Origin: Mycobacterium tuberculosis H37Rv
Lineage (GTDB): Bacteria > Actinomycetota > Actinomycetes > Mycobacteriales > Mycobacteriaceae
Length of the DNA stretch: 32,000 nucleotides
Assembly (NCBI RefSeq): GCF_000195955.2
Contig: NC_000962.3
Location: 1,980,001-2,012,000 of the forward strand
Reading direction: 5' to 3'
Below the pieces are notes generated by a model. That model was given only the letters and a program-made list of their open reading frames with translations. It ran no database searches and was not told the origin of the DNA. The position numbers were made by a program, and so were the translations under genes. Below are positions 9,833-20,073 of this stretch, in pieces. Numbering within the stretch: position 1 is the first letter of the stretch; the number at the start of each line of letters is the position of its first letter.

Positions 9833-12577
9833 CTACGTCAAGCCGTGCTGCCCATCCCGGCCGAGTACCAGCCCACCGGCGCCGCCGGCACCCGCCGTGC
9901 CCCCGGCTTTTCCGGCATTGCCGCCGTTGCCGCCGTTGCCGATCACCACGGCGTTGCCGCCGGCTCCACCCTTGCCGCTGGTGGCGCCATCCCCGCCGGC
10001 GCCACCGTCACCGCCGTTGCCGTACAGCCCGGCCTTGCCGCCGGCGCCGCCGTTCCCGCCGGCGCCGGTATCGCTGGCGCCGCCGGCGCCGCCGGCGCCG
10101 CCGAAGCCGCTGCGAAGGCCGGTGATTTGGCCGGCCCCACCGGTGCCGCCATCACCGCCAGTGCCATTGAGGCTGTAGCCCCCGTTGCCGCCGGCCCCGC
10201 CGGAGCCGTAGAACAATCCCGCGCTGCCGCCGGCGCCGCCAGCACCGGCCTTGCCTGACAGGCTGGAGCCGCCGCTGCCGCCGGCACCGCCCGACGCATT
10301 GAGGGTGAGCGAGCCAGCATTGCCGCCTACACCGCCACCCCCGCCGGCCATGCCCCCATGACCGCCGGCCCCGCCAGAGCCGCCGGCACCGTACAGCCCA
10401 CCGGGCCCGCCGGCACCGCCTGTCCCTCCGGCCCCCGTGGAGCCGCCGTTCCCACCTGGTCCGCCGGTTCCCCCGTGGGCGTACAGCCCGCCGGCCCCGC
10501 CGGCCCCGCCGGCGCCCCCGGCGGTGCTGCCGGTCCCGCCGGCGCCGCCGGCCCCCCCGTTGGCGAACAACCCGGCAGCGCCGCCAGTCCCGCCGGCGCC
10601 GCCAGTGGTAACGCCTGCGGTGAAAGCGCCGCCGCCACACCCGCCGAGCCCAGCCGCGCCGATGAGCAAGCCGGCGTTCCCGCCGGCCCCGCCGACGCCG
10701 CCGGTGGTGGTGGCGGCCCCGCCGACACCACCGGTACCGCCGGAACCGATCAAGAAGGCGGATCCGCCGGCGCCACCGGCCCCGCCGGCACCCGCCGTTC
10801 CGACGCCGCCGGCCCCGCCGGCGCCACCGGTGCCAAACAGGATCCCGCCTGCCCCACCGGCGCCGCCCGCGCTGCCGTTGGTGCCGGCCGCACCGGCCCC
10901 GCCGTTGCCGCCGTTGCCGAACAACCAGCCGCCGGCACCGCCATCGTCCCCGGTTCCCGGCGTCCCACTGTCGCCGTTACCGATCAGCGGGCGTCCGGTC
11001 AATGCCTCGGTGGGTTCGTTGATGAAACTGAGAATGTCCTGCTGCAGGTTGTGCCATGGCGAGGTGCTCTCGGGAGCGTTATATCCGTCGGCGCCCAGCA
11101 GCAACCCGCCGAAGCCGCCGAAGCCGGACTTGCCGGCGAGCGCGCCGATGCCGCCCTCGCCGCCGTTGCCGATCAGCACGGCATTTCCACCGGCCCCGCC
11201 GACACCACCGGTGCCGCCACTCTCGCCGCCGTTGCCGCCGTTGCCGCCGTTGCCGATCAACCCGGGCGCCCCACCCGCCCCACCCGCCCCACCTGCGGCG
11301 GTGCCCGCGGGGCCCCCAGAGCCGCCAGCACCGCCGGAGCCGCCGGAGCCGCTGAGCATGCCGGCGCTGCCGCCGACCCCACCCTGCCCGCCGGCGGCGA
11401 AGCCGAACCCGCCGGTGCCGCCACCCCCGCCGGAGCCGAAGAGCATGCCGGCGTTACCGCCGGCTCCGCCGGCGCCGCCCTTACCACCACCGAAGACAGT
11501 GCCGCCAGCCCCACCGGTGCCGCCGGCGCCACCGGCGGCACCCAGGGAAAGCGTCCCGGCGTTACCACCGTTACCGGCAGCGCCGCCGGTGGTCAGTCCT
11601 GACCCGCCTGCCCCGCCGTCCCCGCCGGCGCCGAACAAACCGCCGCCCCCACCGTCCCCGCCGGCCCCGCCGGTGCCGAGCGTTCCGTGATCCCCGAATC
11701 CGCCCGCCCCGCCCATGCCGCCGGCACCAAACAACCCGCCGGCCCCGCCGGCGCCGCCCGCCCCGCCCGTGTGACCCTGCCCACCGGCGCCGCCGACACC
11801 GCCGGTGGTGAACAGCCCACCGGCCCCGCCGGCGCCGCCAGCCCCACCGGCAGTGCTGAAGCTGAACCCGCCGGCACCGCCGGCCCCGGCGGCGCCGGCG
11901 AGCATACCGGCGTTGCCGCCGGTTCCGCCGGTACCGCCGATGCCACCGACAAGAGACGTCGCAGCCCCGCCGGCGCCGCCGGCGCCGCCGGCCCCAAACA
12001 GCATGGCGGACCCGCCAGCGCCACCGGCCCCGCCGATCCCGTTGTTGGCGGTGGCGGTTCCGCCGGCACCGCCGGCCCCGCCGTTGCCGAACAGCCCGGC
12101 GGCCCCACCAGGGCCACCAGCCCCGCCGTTGGCGCCCTTTGCACCGGATCCGCCGGCGCCACCGTTGCCGATCAACCAGCCGGCATCCCCTCCGTTGGCC
12201 CCGGTGCCGGGAGCACCGTTAGCCCCGTTACCGATCAGCGGACGGCCGGTAGCGGCCAGGACGGGCGCGTTGATCGAGTTGAGCAGCGGCGTCACGGCGG
12301 CGGCCTCGGCGGCCGCATAGGCGCCCCCCCCGGTGGTCAGCGCCTGCACGAACCGACCATGAAACGCCGCCGCCTCGGCGCTCGCCGCCTGATAGGCCCG
12401 GCCGTGCGCGCCGAACAACGCAGCGATTGCCGCCGAGATCTCATCGGCACCGGCGGCCAGCAGGCTCGTCGTGTTGGCCGCCGCAGCCGCGTTGGCCCCA
12501 GCGATCGTCGAGCCGAGATCGGCTAGATCCGTCGCCGCCGCCGCGATAGTCTCCGGCACCGCGATCACAAACGACAT
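9833..12577 (-). CDS. wag22: PE_PGRS family protein Wag22 (Rv1759c)
   Basis: Starts [56 protein letters not shown] (PE domain) followed by GGxGG repeats; GGGAGG Shine-Dalgarno just upstream of ATG at 12577. Confidence 0.94.
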
Positions 12578-13152
12578 CTGAAAACCTCCCACGACCGCTG
12601 ACCACCAGGTAATGCCGACGACCCAGGAAGCCTCGGCGCCGGGTGAATCGGTGCCAATCAGCGTATGGGCGGGCAGGCGACCCAACCGGTGTTCCAGCCC
12701 GACTCATACCCGCTGTCAAATGACCTGACAATCACTCGGTGGTCACACGCTGCGTGCTTCACATTGGTAGCTTGGGCACGTCGGCAACCGTCACAGCTGT
12801 CACACGGGTCCCTGTGGGGTTGGTCGGCCACCGGCGACAACGTTTCCTGCGCGCCTTGATCTGTCGCCGCTGGGCAGGCATCGCCGCGACGGCCGTATCA
12901 GGCTTGGTCGGTGTGAGCCGCCAAATCGGTATTGACGAATTCGTCATCGAACTCCCGGCCAAGACCACTTAGGTCTGATGGCCTGGTTCTCGTCCTCAAG
13001 CCGCGTTAGCACCACTTCGGGACGCCACGCGGTTCAGCCCGTTCTCCTCGAATAGCAGCCTGCCGGTGCCACCGGCGTCTGGGCACCCCAGACTTTCGCG
13101 CCGCTGTCACCCGTTGCGAAGGCCCCCGCAATGGCACGGTCACCGACATGTG

Positions 13153-14661
13153 ATGCCGAGGGGCTGCGCCGGGGCTAGATTCGCGTGCAATGCGTGCCTA
13201 AACTTTTTGGCGGGGTTGGGGATTTCTGAACCGATCAGTCCCGGGTGGGCGGCTATGGAGCGACTAAGCGGACTCGATGCTTTCTTCCTCTATATGGAGA
13301 CACCGTCGCAGCCGCTGAACGTGTGCTGCGTCTTGGAGTTGGACACCTCGACGATGCCGGGCGGCTACACGTACGGCCGGTTTCATGCCGCGTTGGAGAA
13401 GTATGTCAAGGCGGCGCCCGAATTTCGGATGAAGCTCGCCGATACCGAGCTTAACCTGGATCACCCCGTGTGGGTGGACGACGACAATTTTCAGATCCGG
13501 CACCACCTGCGCCGGGTCGCTATGCCCGCGCCCGGAGGGCGTCGCGAGCTGGCCGAGATCTGTGGGTACATCGCCGGGTTGCCGCTGGACCGTGACCGCC
13601 CGCTGTGGGAGATGTGGGTCATCGAAGGCGGTGCCCGTAGCGACACCGTGGCGGTGATGCTCAAGGTCCACCACGCCGTGGTCGACGGTGTCGCCGGTGC
13701 GAACCTGCTGTCCCACCTGTGCAGCCTGCAGCCCGATGCGCCGGCACCGCAACCTGTCCGGGGCACCGGTGGCGGCAATGTGCTGCAGATAGCTGCGAGT
13801 GGGCTGGAGGGGTTCGCGTCGCGGCCAGTGCGGCTGGCGACGGTGGTACCGGCGACAGTGCTCACATTGGTGCGCACATTGCTGCGTGCCCGTGAGGGCC
13901 GTACCATGGCCGCCCCGTTTTCGGCCCCACCGACTCCGTTCAACGGCCCCCTCGGTCGGCTGCGCAACATCGCGTATACACAGCTCGACATGCGCGACGT
14001 CAAGCGTGTCAAGGACCGGTTTGGGGTGACCATCAACGATGTGGTGGTGGCGTTGTGTGCCGGAGCGCTACGGCGCTTCCTACTCGAGCACGGCGTGCTG
14101 CCCGAGGCCCCGTTGGTGGCCACCGTGCCGGTTTCGGTACACGACAAGTCGGACCGACCCGGGCGCAACCAGGCCACCTGGATGTTCTGTCGGGTACCGA
14201 GCCAGATCAGCGACCCCGCCCAGCGCATCCGCACCATCGCCGCCGGAAACACCGTCGCTAAAGACCACGCCGCGGCCATCGGCCCCACCCTGCTGCACGA
14301 CTGGATTCAGTTCGGCGGCTCGACGATGTTCGGAGCGGCCATGCGGATCTTGCCGCACATTTCGATAACGCATAGCCCCGCCTACAATCTGATCCTGTCG
14401 AATGTGCCCGGACCCCAGGCCCAGTTGTACTTTCTGGGTTGCCGAATGGACTCGATGTTTCCCCTCGGCCCCCTCCTTGGCAACGCGGGCCTCAACATCA
14501 CCGTCATGTCCCTCAACGGGGAACTGGGTGTCGGCATTGTCTCCTGCCCCGACCTGCTGCCGGACCTGTGGGGCGTGGCAGACGGGTTTCCCGAGGCGCT
14601 CAAAGAGCTGCTGGAGTGCAGTGATGACCAGCCGGAAGGCAGCAACCACCAGGACTCCTGA
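13153..14661 (+). CDS. WS/DGAT-type wax ester synthase/diacylglycerol acyltransferase (Rv1760)
   Basis: MERLSGLDAFFLYMETPSQPLNVCCVLEL and catalytic HHxxxDG motif (VHHAVVDG), plus a C-terminal ILSNVPGPQ motif. Confidence 0.93.
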   Translation: MPRGCAGARFACNACLNFLAGLGISEPISPGWAAMERLSGLDAFFLYMETPSQPLNVCCVLELDTSTMPGGYTYGRFHAALEKYVKAAPEFRMKLADTELNLDHPVWVDDDNFQIRHHLRRVAMPAPGGRRELAEICGYIAGLPLDRDRPLWEMWVIEGGARSDTVAVMLKVHHAVVDGVAGANLLSHLCSLQPDAPAPQPVRGTGGGNVLQIAASGLEGFASRPVRLATVVPATVLTLVRTLLRAREGRTMAAPFSAPPTPFNGPLGRLRNIAYTQLDMRDVKRVKDRFGVTINDVVVALCAGALRRFLLEHGVLPEAPLVATVPVSVHDKSDRPGRNQATWMFCRVPSQISDPAQRIRTIAAGNTVAKDHAAAIGPTLLHDWIQFGGSTMFGAAMRILPHISITHSPAYNLILSNVPGPQAQLYFLGCRMDSMFPLGPLLGNAGLNITVMSLNGELGVGIVSCPDLLPDLWGVADGFPEALKELLECSDDQPEGSNHQDS

Positions 14662-14670
14662 GTCGTACGT

Positions 14671-15054
14671 TCAGAACCGGTAGTCGGTGCCGGTGCCCAG
14701 AACTTCGATGGCTGCGTTGATGTTCGGGATCACTGTGGCGCCGTATCGGCTGACGATCTGCCCAAGCGCGCGAGCAAGGTGCGGACCCACGGCCTCGGCG
14801 ATGAGGGCGTCCTCGGCGATGACGATGCCGTTCACCATGTGGGCAGCGAGCAGCCGGCCGTCGTGGGCGACCTCGTAACGCCAGTCACCGATCTGGATTC
14901 GCTCGGGATTAGACCGAAAAAAGCCACGTCGTGCGGGGGTATGAATCACTCCCGGAAGTCCGGCGAACACTTTGACCACCAACGCGACACCGCCGGGACC
15001 GACGAGCGCGGCCGCGACGGCGCGGCTCACTCGCTCGGTATCGAAATCAGACAT
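14671..15054 (-). CDS. Conserved hypothetical protein, 127 aa (Rv1761c)
   Basis: ORF starting MSDFDTERVSRAVAAALVGPGG; its ATG overlaps the TGA of the upstream gene. Confidence 0.8.
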   Translation of the reverse strand: MSDFDTERVSRAVAAALVGPGGVALVVKVFAGLPGVIHTPARRGFFRSNPERIQIGDWRYEVAHDGRLLAAHMVNGIVIAEDALIAEAVGPHLARALGQIVSRYGATVIPNINAAIEVLGTGTDYRF

Positions 15055-15842
15055 CAGCTGTCCATCGGCAGGACGAATGACGGTGTGATCGTTTCCCCGC
15101 TGCCGGTGCGGCGCACGGCGGTTCCCGCGGTGTAGAACTCCACCGTGTGCACTCCCCACGCGTAGTTCGAGATGGCGAAGTGCACGCCCACCACGCCGGT
15201 TGCGCCGTCTCGCTCGGCCTCGCTCTGCATGCGTGACATTGCCAGCTCACGCGCTTGGTAGTTGCCTTGCGTCCACTGTGGCATCTCCATGTTGCGGCCG
15301 ATCTGGCGAAGCGTTTGCATGAATCCCTGCACGGCGATGTGGAATACGCAATTGCCCATCACGAACGCCACCGGCGCAAACCCGGATCGCAGCAGCGTCA
15401 CCATGTCCTGGCCGGATAGATGACTGGAGAATGCTTGGCCGTTGGGACGCCGAAATGCTCCGGGCTTGGCGGTGTATCGCACTGCGGTACCGACCGCCAT
15501 GAACTCAAGGTGTTCCCCGCCCTCCCCATGGTGGCGCCAGTTGAGCCGGACACCGACGATCCCGTCCGCTTTGAGGGCATCGGCTTCGGCCTGCATGCGC
15601 GCCATCGCATTCCAGCGCGCCCGGTATGTCGCCTCGGTGAGGACACCCAGTTCCTGTTGCTGCCTCATGCCGCTGAATTGGAAGCCGACGTGATAGACCG
15701 AGACACCCATGACCAGCTCGATGGGCTCAAACCCGGCCCCATGCAGCAATGCGAACTCGTTGATCGACAAGTCGGACGTGAATGACTTCTCAGCGTGCGA
15801 CAGCCGTTCGCTGGCTACTGGATCGAGCGAGCTTGATTGCAT
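15054..15842 (-). CDS. Tandem-duplicated YbjQ/UPF0145-like domain protein (Rv1762c)
   Basis: Two homologous halves: FTSDLSINEFALLHGAGFEPIELVMGVSVYHVGF...GIVGVRLNW...EFMAVGTAVR and FSSHLSGQDMVTLLRSGFAPVAFVMGNCVFHIAV...GVVGVHFAI...EFYTAGTAVR. Confidence 0.75.
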   Translation of the reverse strand: MQSSSLDPVASERLSHAEKSFTSDLSINEFALLHGAGFEPIELVMGVSVYHVGFQFSGMRQQQELGVLTEATYRARWNAMARMQAEADALKADGIVGVRLNWRHHGEGGEHLEFMAVGTAVRYTAKPGAFRRPNGQAFSSHLSGQDMVTLLRSGFAPVAFVMGNCVFHIAVQGFMQTLRQIGRNMEMPQWTQGNYQARELAMSRMQSEAERDGATGVVGVHFAISNYAWGVHTVEFYTAGTAVRRTGSGETITPSFVLPMDS

Positions 15843-15981
15843 CGTTGTGCGTCCTTCCTGTGGTGTGTGTCAGCGTACGACGCGCAAACCATGCAGCGTC
15901 TGCCATCAGCGTCCCCAGGGCATCGGCGGCGTCTTGGCGCCGGCAACGCTGTTGTCTGGCAGTCGCGCCGGGGAGTCGACG

Positions 15982-16116
15982 CTACCGGTCGGCACCGCGC
16001 CGGCCGCGCATGAGTGAGGTGGCAGCGCGTAACGCGCCGCGTAGTGCGTAGACGGCAGTCACCGCCGCCAACAGGATCAACAGGACAAAGGTCGGCAACC
16101 TGAACCGCCCCGGCAT
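15982..16116 (-). other. Chimeric 44-aa ORF: IS6110 terminal-repeat-encoded MPGRFR fused to the tail of a truncated membrane protein
   Basis: Minus-strand translation MPGRFRLPTFVLLILLAAVTAVYALRGALRAATSLMRGRRGADR*; the first codons lie inside the IS6110 end. Confidence 0.6.
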
Positions 16117-16151
16117 GTCCGGAGACTCCAGTTCTTGGAAAGGATGGGGTC

Positions 16152-16478
16152 ATGTCAGGTGGTTCATCGAGGAGGTACCCGCCGGAGCTGCGTGAGCGGG
16201 CGGTGCGGATGGTCGCAGAGATCCGCGGTCAGCACGATTCGGAGTGGGCAGCGATCAGTGAGGTCGCCCGTCTACTTGGTGTTGGCTGCGCGGAGACGGT
16301 GCGTAAGTGGGTGCGCCAGGCGCAGGTCGATGCCGGCGCACGGCCCGGGACCACGACCGAAGAATCCGCTGAGCTGAAGCGCTTGCGGCGGGACAACGCC
16401 GAATTGCGAAGGGCGAACGCGATTTTAAAGACCGCGTCGGCTTTCTTCGCGGCCGAGCTCGACCGGCCAGCACGCTAA
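16152..16478 (+). CDS. IS6110 orfA
   Basis: 108-aa ORF identical to the one in copy 1. Confidence 0.97.
   Translation: MSGGSSRRYPPELRERAVRMVAEIRGQHDSEWAAISEVARLLGVGCAETVRKWVRQAQVDAGARPGTTTEESAELKRLRRDNAELRRANAILKTASAFFAAELDRPAR
16423..16430 (+). promoter_or_regulatory. Programmed -1 frameshift slippery site TTTTAAAG
   Basis: gcgaTTTTAAAGaccgcg within orfA; orfB in the -1 frame. Confidence 0.8.
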
Positions 16479-16528
16479 TTACCCGGTTCATCGCCGATCA
16501 TCAGGGCCACCGCGAGGGCCCCGATGGT

Positions 16529-17413
16529 TTGCGGTGGGGTGTCGAGTCGATCTGCACACAGCTGACCGAGCTGGGTGTGCCGATCGCCCCATCGACCTAC
16601 TACGACCACATCAACCGGGAGCCCAGCCGCCGCGAGCTGCGCGATGGCGAACTCAAGGAGCACATCAGCCGCGTCCACGCCGCCAACTACGGTGTTTACG
16701 GTGCCCGCAAAGTGTGGCTAACCCTGAACCGTGAGGGCATCGAGGTGGCCAGATGCACCGTCGAACGGCTGATGACCAAACTCGGCCTGTCCGGGACCAC
16801 CCGCGGCAAAGCCCGCAGGACCACGATCGCTGATCCGGCCACAGCCCGTCCCGCCGATCTCGTCCAGCGCCGCTTCGGACCACCAGCACCTAACCGGCTG
16901 TGGGTAGCAGACCTCACCTATGTGTCGACCTGGGCAGGGTTCGCCTACGTGGCCTTTGTCACCGACGCCTACGCTCGCAGGATCCTGGGCTGGCGGGTCG
17001 CTTCCACGATGGCCACCTCCATGGTCCTCGACGCGATCGAGCAAGCCATCTGGACCCGCCAACAAGAAGGCGTACTCGACCTGAAAGACGTTATCCACCA
17101 TACGGATAGGGGATCTCAGTACACATCGATCCGGTTCAGCGAGCGGCTCGCCGAGGCAGGCATCCAACCGTCGGTCGGAGCGGTCGGAAGCTCCTATGAC
17201 AATGCACTAGCCGAGACGATCAACGGCCTATACAAGACCGAGCTGATCAAACCCGGCAAGCCCTGGCGGTCCATCGAGGATGTCGAGTTGGCCACCGCGC
17301 GCTGGGTCGACTGGTTCAACCATCGCCGCCTCTACCAGTACTGCGGCGACGTCCCGCCGGTCGAACTCGAGGCTGCCTACTACGCTCAACGCCAGAGACC
17401 AGCCGCCGGCTGA
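16529..17413 (+). CDS. IS6110 transposase orfB
   Basis: 294-aa DDE integrase core, identical to copy 1. Confidence 0.97.
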   Translation: MRWGVESICTQLTELGVPIAPSTYYDHINREPSRRELRDGELKEHISRVHAANYGVYGARKVWLTLNREGIEVARCTVERLMTKLGLSGTTRGKARRTTIADPATARPADLVQRRFGPPAPNRLWVADLTYVSTWAGFAYVAFVTDAYARRILGWRVASTMATSMVLDAIEQAIWTRQQEGVLDLKDVIHHTDRGSQYTSIRFSERLAEAGIQPSVGAVGSSYDNALAETINGLYKTELIKPGKPWRSIEDVELATARWVDWFNHRRLYQYCGDVPPVELEAAYYAQRQRPAAG

Positions 17414-17417
17414 GGTC

Positions 17418-18515
17418 TCAGATCAGAGAGTCTCCGGACTCACCGGGGCGGTTCAGGCCCCGATGGTGTGCCCGGTGGTGATACGGGCACACCAGCACCA
17501 GGTTGGCCAGCTCGGTGGCCCCACCGTCCTGCCAATGTCGGATGTGGTGGGCGTGCAAACCCCGGGTGGCCCCACAACCGGGAACCACACACGTGCGGTC
17601 GCGATGCTCAAGCGCACGACGCAACCGACGATTGATCTGACGAGTCGTTCGACCGCAGCCAATGACCTGCCCGTCACGTTCAAACCAGGCCTCAAAGGTG
17701 GCATCACAGAGCAGATATCGGCGTTCGGACTCGCTGAGCAGCGGACCCAGGTGCAGGCCAGCGGCACGCTCCTGCACGTCTAGATGCATCACCACGGTGG
17801 TGTGCTGCCCATGTGGCCGACGAGCCACCTCGGCGTCCCAGCCGGCCTCAACCAGACGCAGAAACGCCTCAACATTGCCCGGCAACGGGGGCCGCTGATC
17901 CGACACACCGTCGCTGTTGTCGTGATCACGCTTGTACTCGGCGATCAACGCATCCAGATGAGACTGCAACGCCGCATCGAACTTCGCCGCCTCCACGTGC
18001 GGAAGCTTGATTCGCCAACAACTGAACTGCTCATCGGCGCTCCTGGTGATCGAGGGCCGCGGTTCCGGCCGAAAATCCGGTTCGGGTTCGGGTCGCGGTT
18101 CCAACTTGAGCGCGGTCCGCAGCTGATTCACCGTGGCAACGCCGGCCAACTGCGCATAATGCGCATCCGAACCCTCACCCGCCCGCCCCGCGATCACCCC
18201 AACCTGATCCAACGACAACCGCCCCTCCCGCATACCCCGGGCGCAGCGCGGAAACTCCGGCAACCGCCGCGCCACCGTGGCGATCGTGTGGGCGTTGCCT
18301 GACGAGCAGCCCATCTTCCAGGCCACCAACCCCGCCACCGACCGCGCCCCCGTCACACCCCACAACCCGTCGCGATCCAGCTCAGCCACGATCTCCACAA
18401 TGCGCCCATCAATCGCATTGCGCTGACCGGCCAACTCCGCCAACTCCTCAAACAACACCTCCACACGCTCGGCAGGACTGACTACCGCTGCGCCAGACGT
18501 CGCGGTCGAGGACAT
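17418..18515 (-). pseudogene. 13E12 REP-family HNH-type protein (Rv1765c), 3' end replaced by IS6110 sequence
   Basis: CVVPGCGATRGLHAHHIRHWQDGGATELANLVLVCPYHHRAHHRG is an HNH core; the last residues [12 protein letters not shown] are encoded by the IS6110 terminal repeat. Alternative upstream start at 18554. Confidence 0.85.
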
Positions 18516-18899
18516 GAGTTCATCATCGCAGCAGGGTCTGACAACTCCGGCCAACCCGAATCCACGCCCGGGGCCGTGCCGTCATCACCCCGCAAAGAGA
18601 TGCTCGGCTCCGCCGGTACGGGCACCCCACGATCCAACACCGCCTGCTCAGCCGCCGACCACTCAACAACCACAACCGTCAATGCAGTTAACCCGGCCCC
18701 ACCACGGCCCCAACTACGGCGCTCGATCCAGCGCGATCCAACAACACCAAAACCACACGATCCGCACCGCACTCGCCCCCCGAAACGGTCCTCACGATGC
18801 CCACGATGGCCACCTGAACTATCCCAGGCTTTGTTCCTAGTCGGTGCGAGGGCCGGGGTTGGCTGGCTCGCGGGGTGTGAGGTGCCGGTGAGGGCGGCC

Positions 18900-19590
18900 T
18901 CGTACTCGGCCTGGACTCCGGTAGCCTAGGGCTTCGTGCAGGCATTCCTGGTTGTACCAGCCAGCCATTCGGCGGTTGCCAGTTTGACGTCGTCGATGCA
19001 CCGCCAGGGTCTGCCGCGGTTGATCAACTCGGACTTGGAGGCGACGTTGACCGCGAGGGCGTTGTCATAACAGTCGCCACGAGACCCGACCGAAGGGGCG
19101 ATCCCGAGCTCAGCCAGTCGGTCGGTATAGGTCAGCGATAGTTACTGCGATCCGGGGTCGGAATGATGCACCAACTCAGAAAGATCTGAATTTGATTGCC
19201 AAACAGCATGATTGAATACTTGTACGGGCAGATCTTCGGTGCGCATCGTCGCCGAGACGGCCCAAACGACGATCTTTCGGGTGCACACGTCGGTGACGAA
19301 CGCGGTGTAGCAGAACCCCTGCCAGGTCCGCACGAACGTGATGTCGGCGACCCACAACCGGTTGGGCTTACTGCCTTGAATTGCCGGTTTACCAGATCAG
19401 CCGGCCGTGGTCGGCTACGTCGGTGACGGTGGTGAACACGGCCGTTGCACGCCGCACAGCCCGGCCTTGCGCATCAACGGGCGGGTTTGTTCTCTGCCGA
19501 GGTGCCAACCCTTGCGTTTCATGGCCTGGTGCATCTTGTTAATCCCGTAGACCGAGTAGTTGTCGCGGTGCGCCGTGCGTAGGCGAACTT
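18900..19590 (-). mobile_element. Degenerate IS3-family transposase relic (includes Rv1765A, 19142-19357); outer boundaries approximate
   Basis: Fragments in several frames: HRDNYSVYGINKMHQAMKRKGWHLGREQTRPLMRKAGLCGVQR; NRLWVADITFVRTWQGFCYTAFVTDVCTRKIVVWAV; DCYDNALAVNVASKSELINRGRPWRCIDDVKLATAEW; GWYNQECLHEALGYRSP. Confidence 0.88.
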
Positions 19591-19683
19591 GAGACTATGA
19601 CTGTGTTTTCCGGCCAGTCGGATGCGCCCTGGCATGGCCGGCGGTAGGAGATCCAATCGTGCATTGTTTTCGTGCAGCCATCC

Positions 19684-19703
19684 AATACCCCCCTGGGTAC
19701 TAT
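19684..19703. promoter_or_regulatory. CsoR-family operator-like site upstream of the repressor gene
   Basis: aATACCCCCCTGGGTActat, a G/C-tract pseudo-palindrome about 30-45 bp before the gene. Confidence 0.55.
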
Positions 19704-19727
19704 GGCGGTGCCACTTCAACGAGATAG

Positions 19728-20006
<279 letters not shown>

Positions 20007-20045
20007 ATGGGCCCGAAGCCATCAATAACCAAGGCCGCCGTCCGT

Positions 20046-20065
20046 GTATACCCATAGGGGTATAT
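20046..20065. promoter_or_regulatory. CsoR-family operator-like palindrome directly upstream of the AhpD-like gene
   Basis: gTATACCCATAGGGGTATAt, ends about 9 bp before the ATG at 20074. Confidence 0.6.
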
Positions 20066-20073
20066 TGGACGCC

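Larger units (their letters stand above)
16101..17455 (+). mobile_element. IS6110 copy 2 (IS3 family), 1355 bp
   Basis: TGAACCGCCCCGGCATGTCCGGAGACTC at 16101 and GAGTCTCCGGACTCACCGGGGCGGTTCA ending 17455; same ORFs as copy 1. Confidence 0.98.

Noticed and set aside
9887-12320. Long plus-strand ORFs such as 10437-11690 (417 aa, PPAPPAPP-rich) and 10358-11602 (414 aa, GPAGAAG-rich) opposite wag22.
   Set aside because: They are the mirror frames of GC-rich PGRS repeats; no start signals or domains, and the PE start with a ribosome site is on the minus strand.
12578-12685. 36-codon N-terminal extension of wag22 in the ORF track.
   Set aside because: The PE domain starts at MSFVIAVPE with a GGGAGG site directly upstream; the extension has no PE-like sequence.
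12739-12972. 77-aa plus-strand ORF between wag22 and Rv1760.
   Set aside because: No recognisable motif, and an overlapping ORF of similar quality exists on the opposite strand, so neither is supported.
18514-18945. Proline/histidine-rich ORFs upstream of the 13E12 gene.
   Set aside because: Composition typical of GC-biased non-coding sequence; no recognisable motif or ribosome site.
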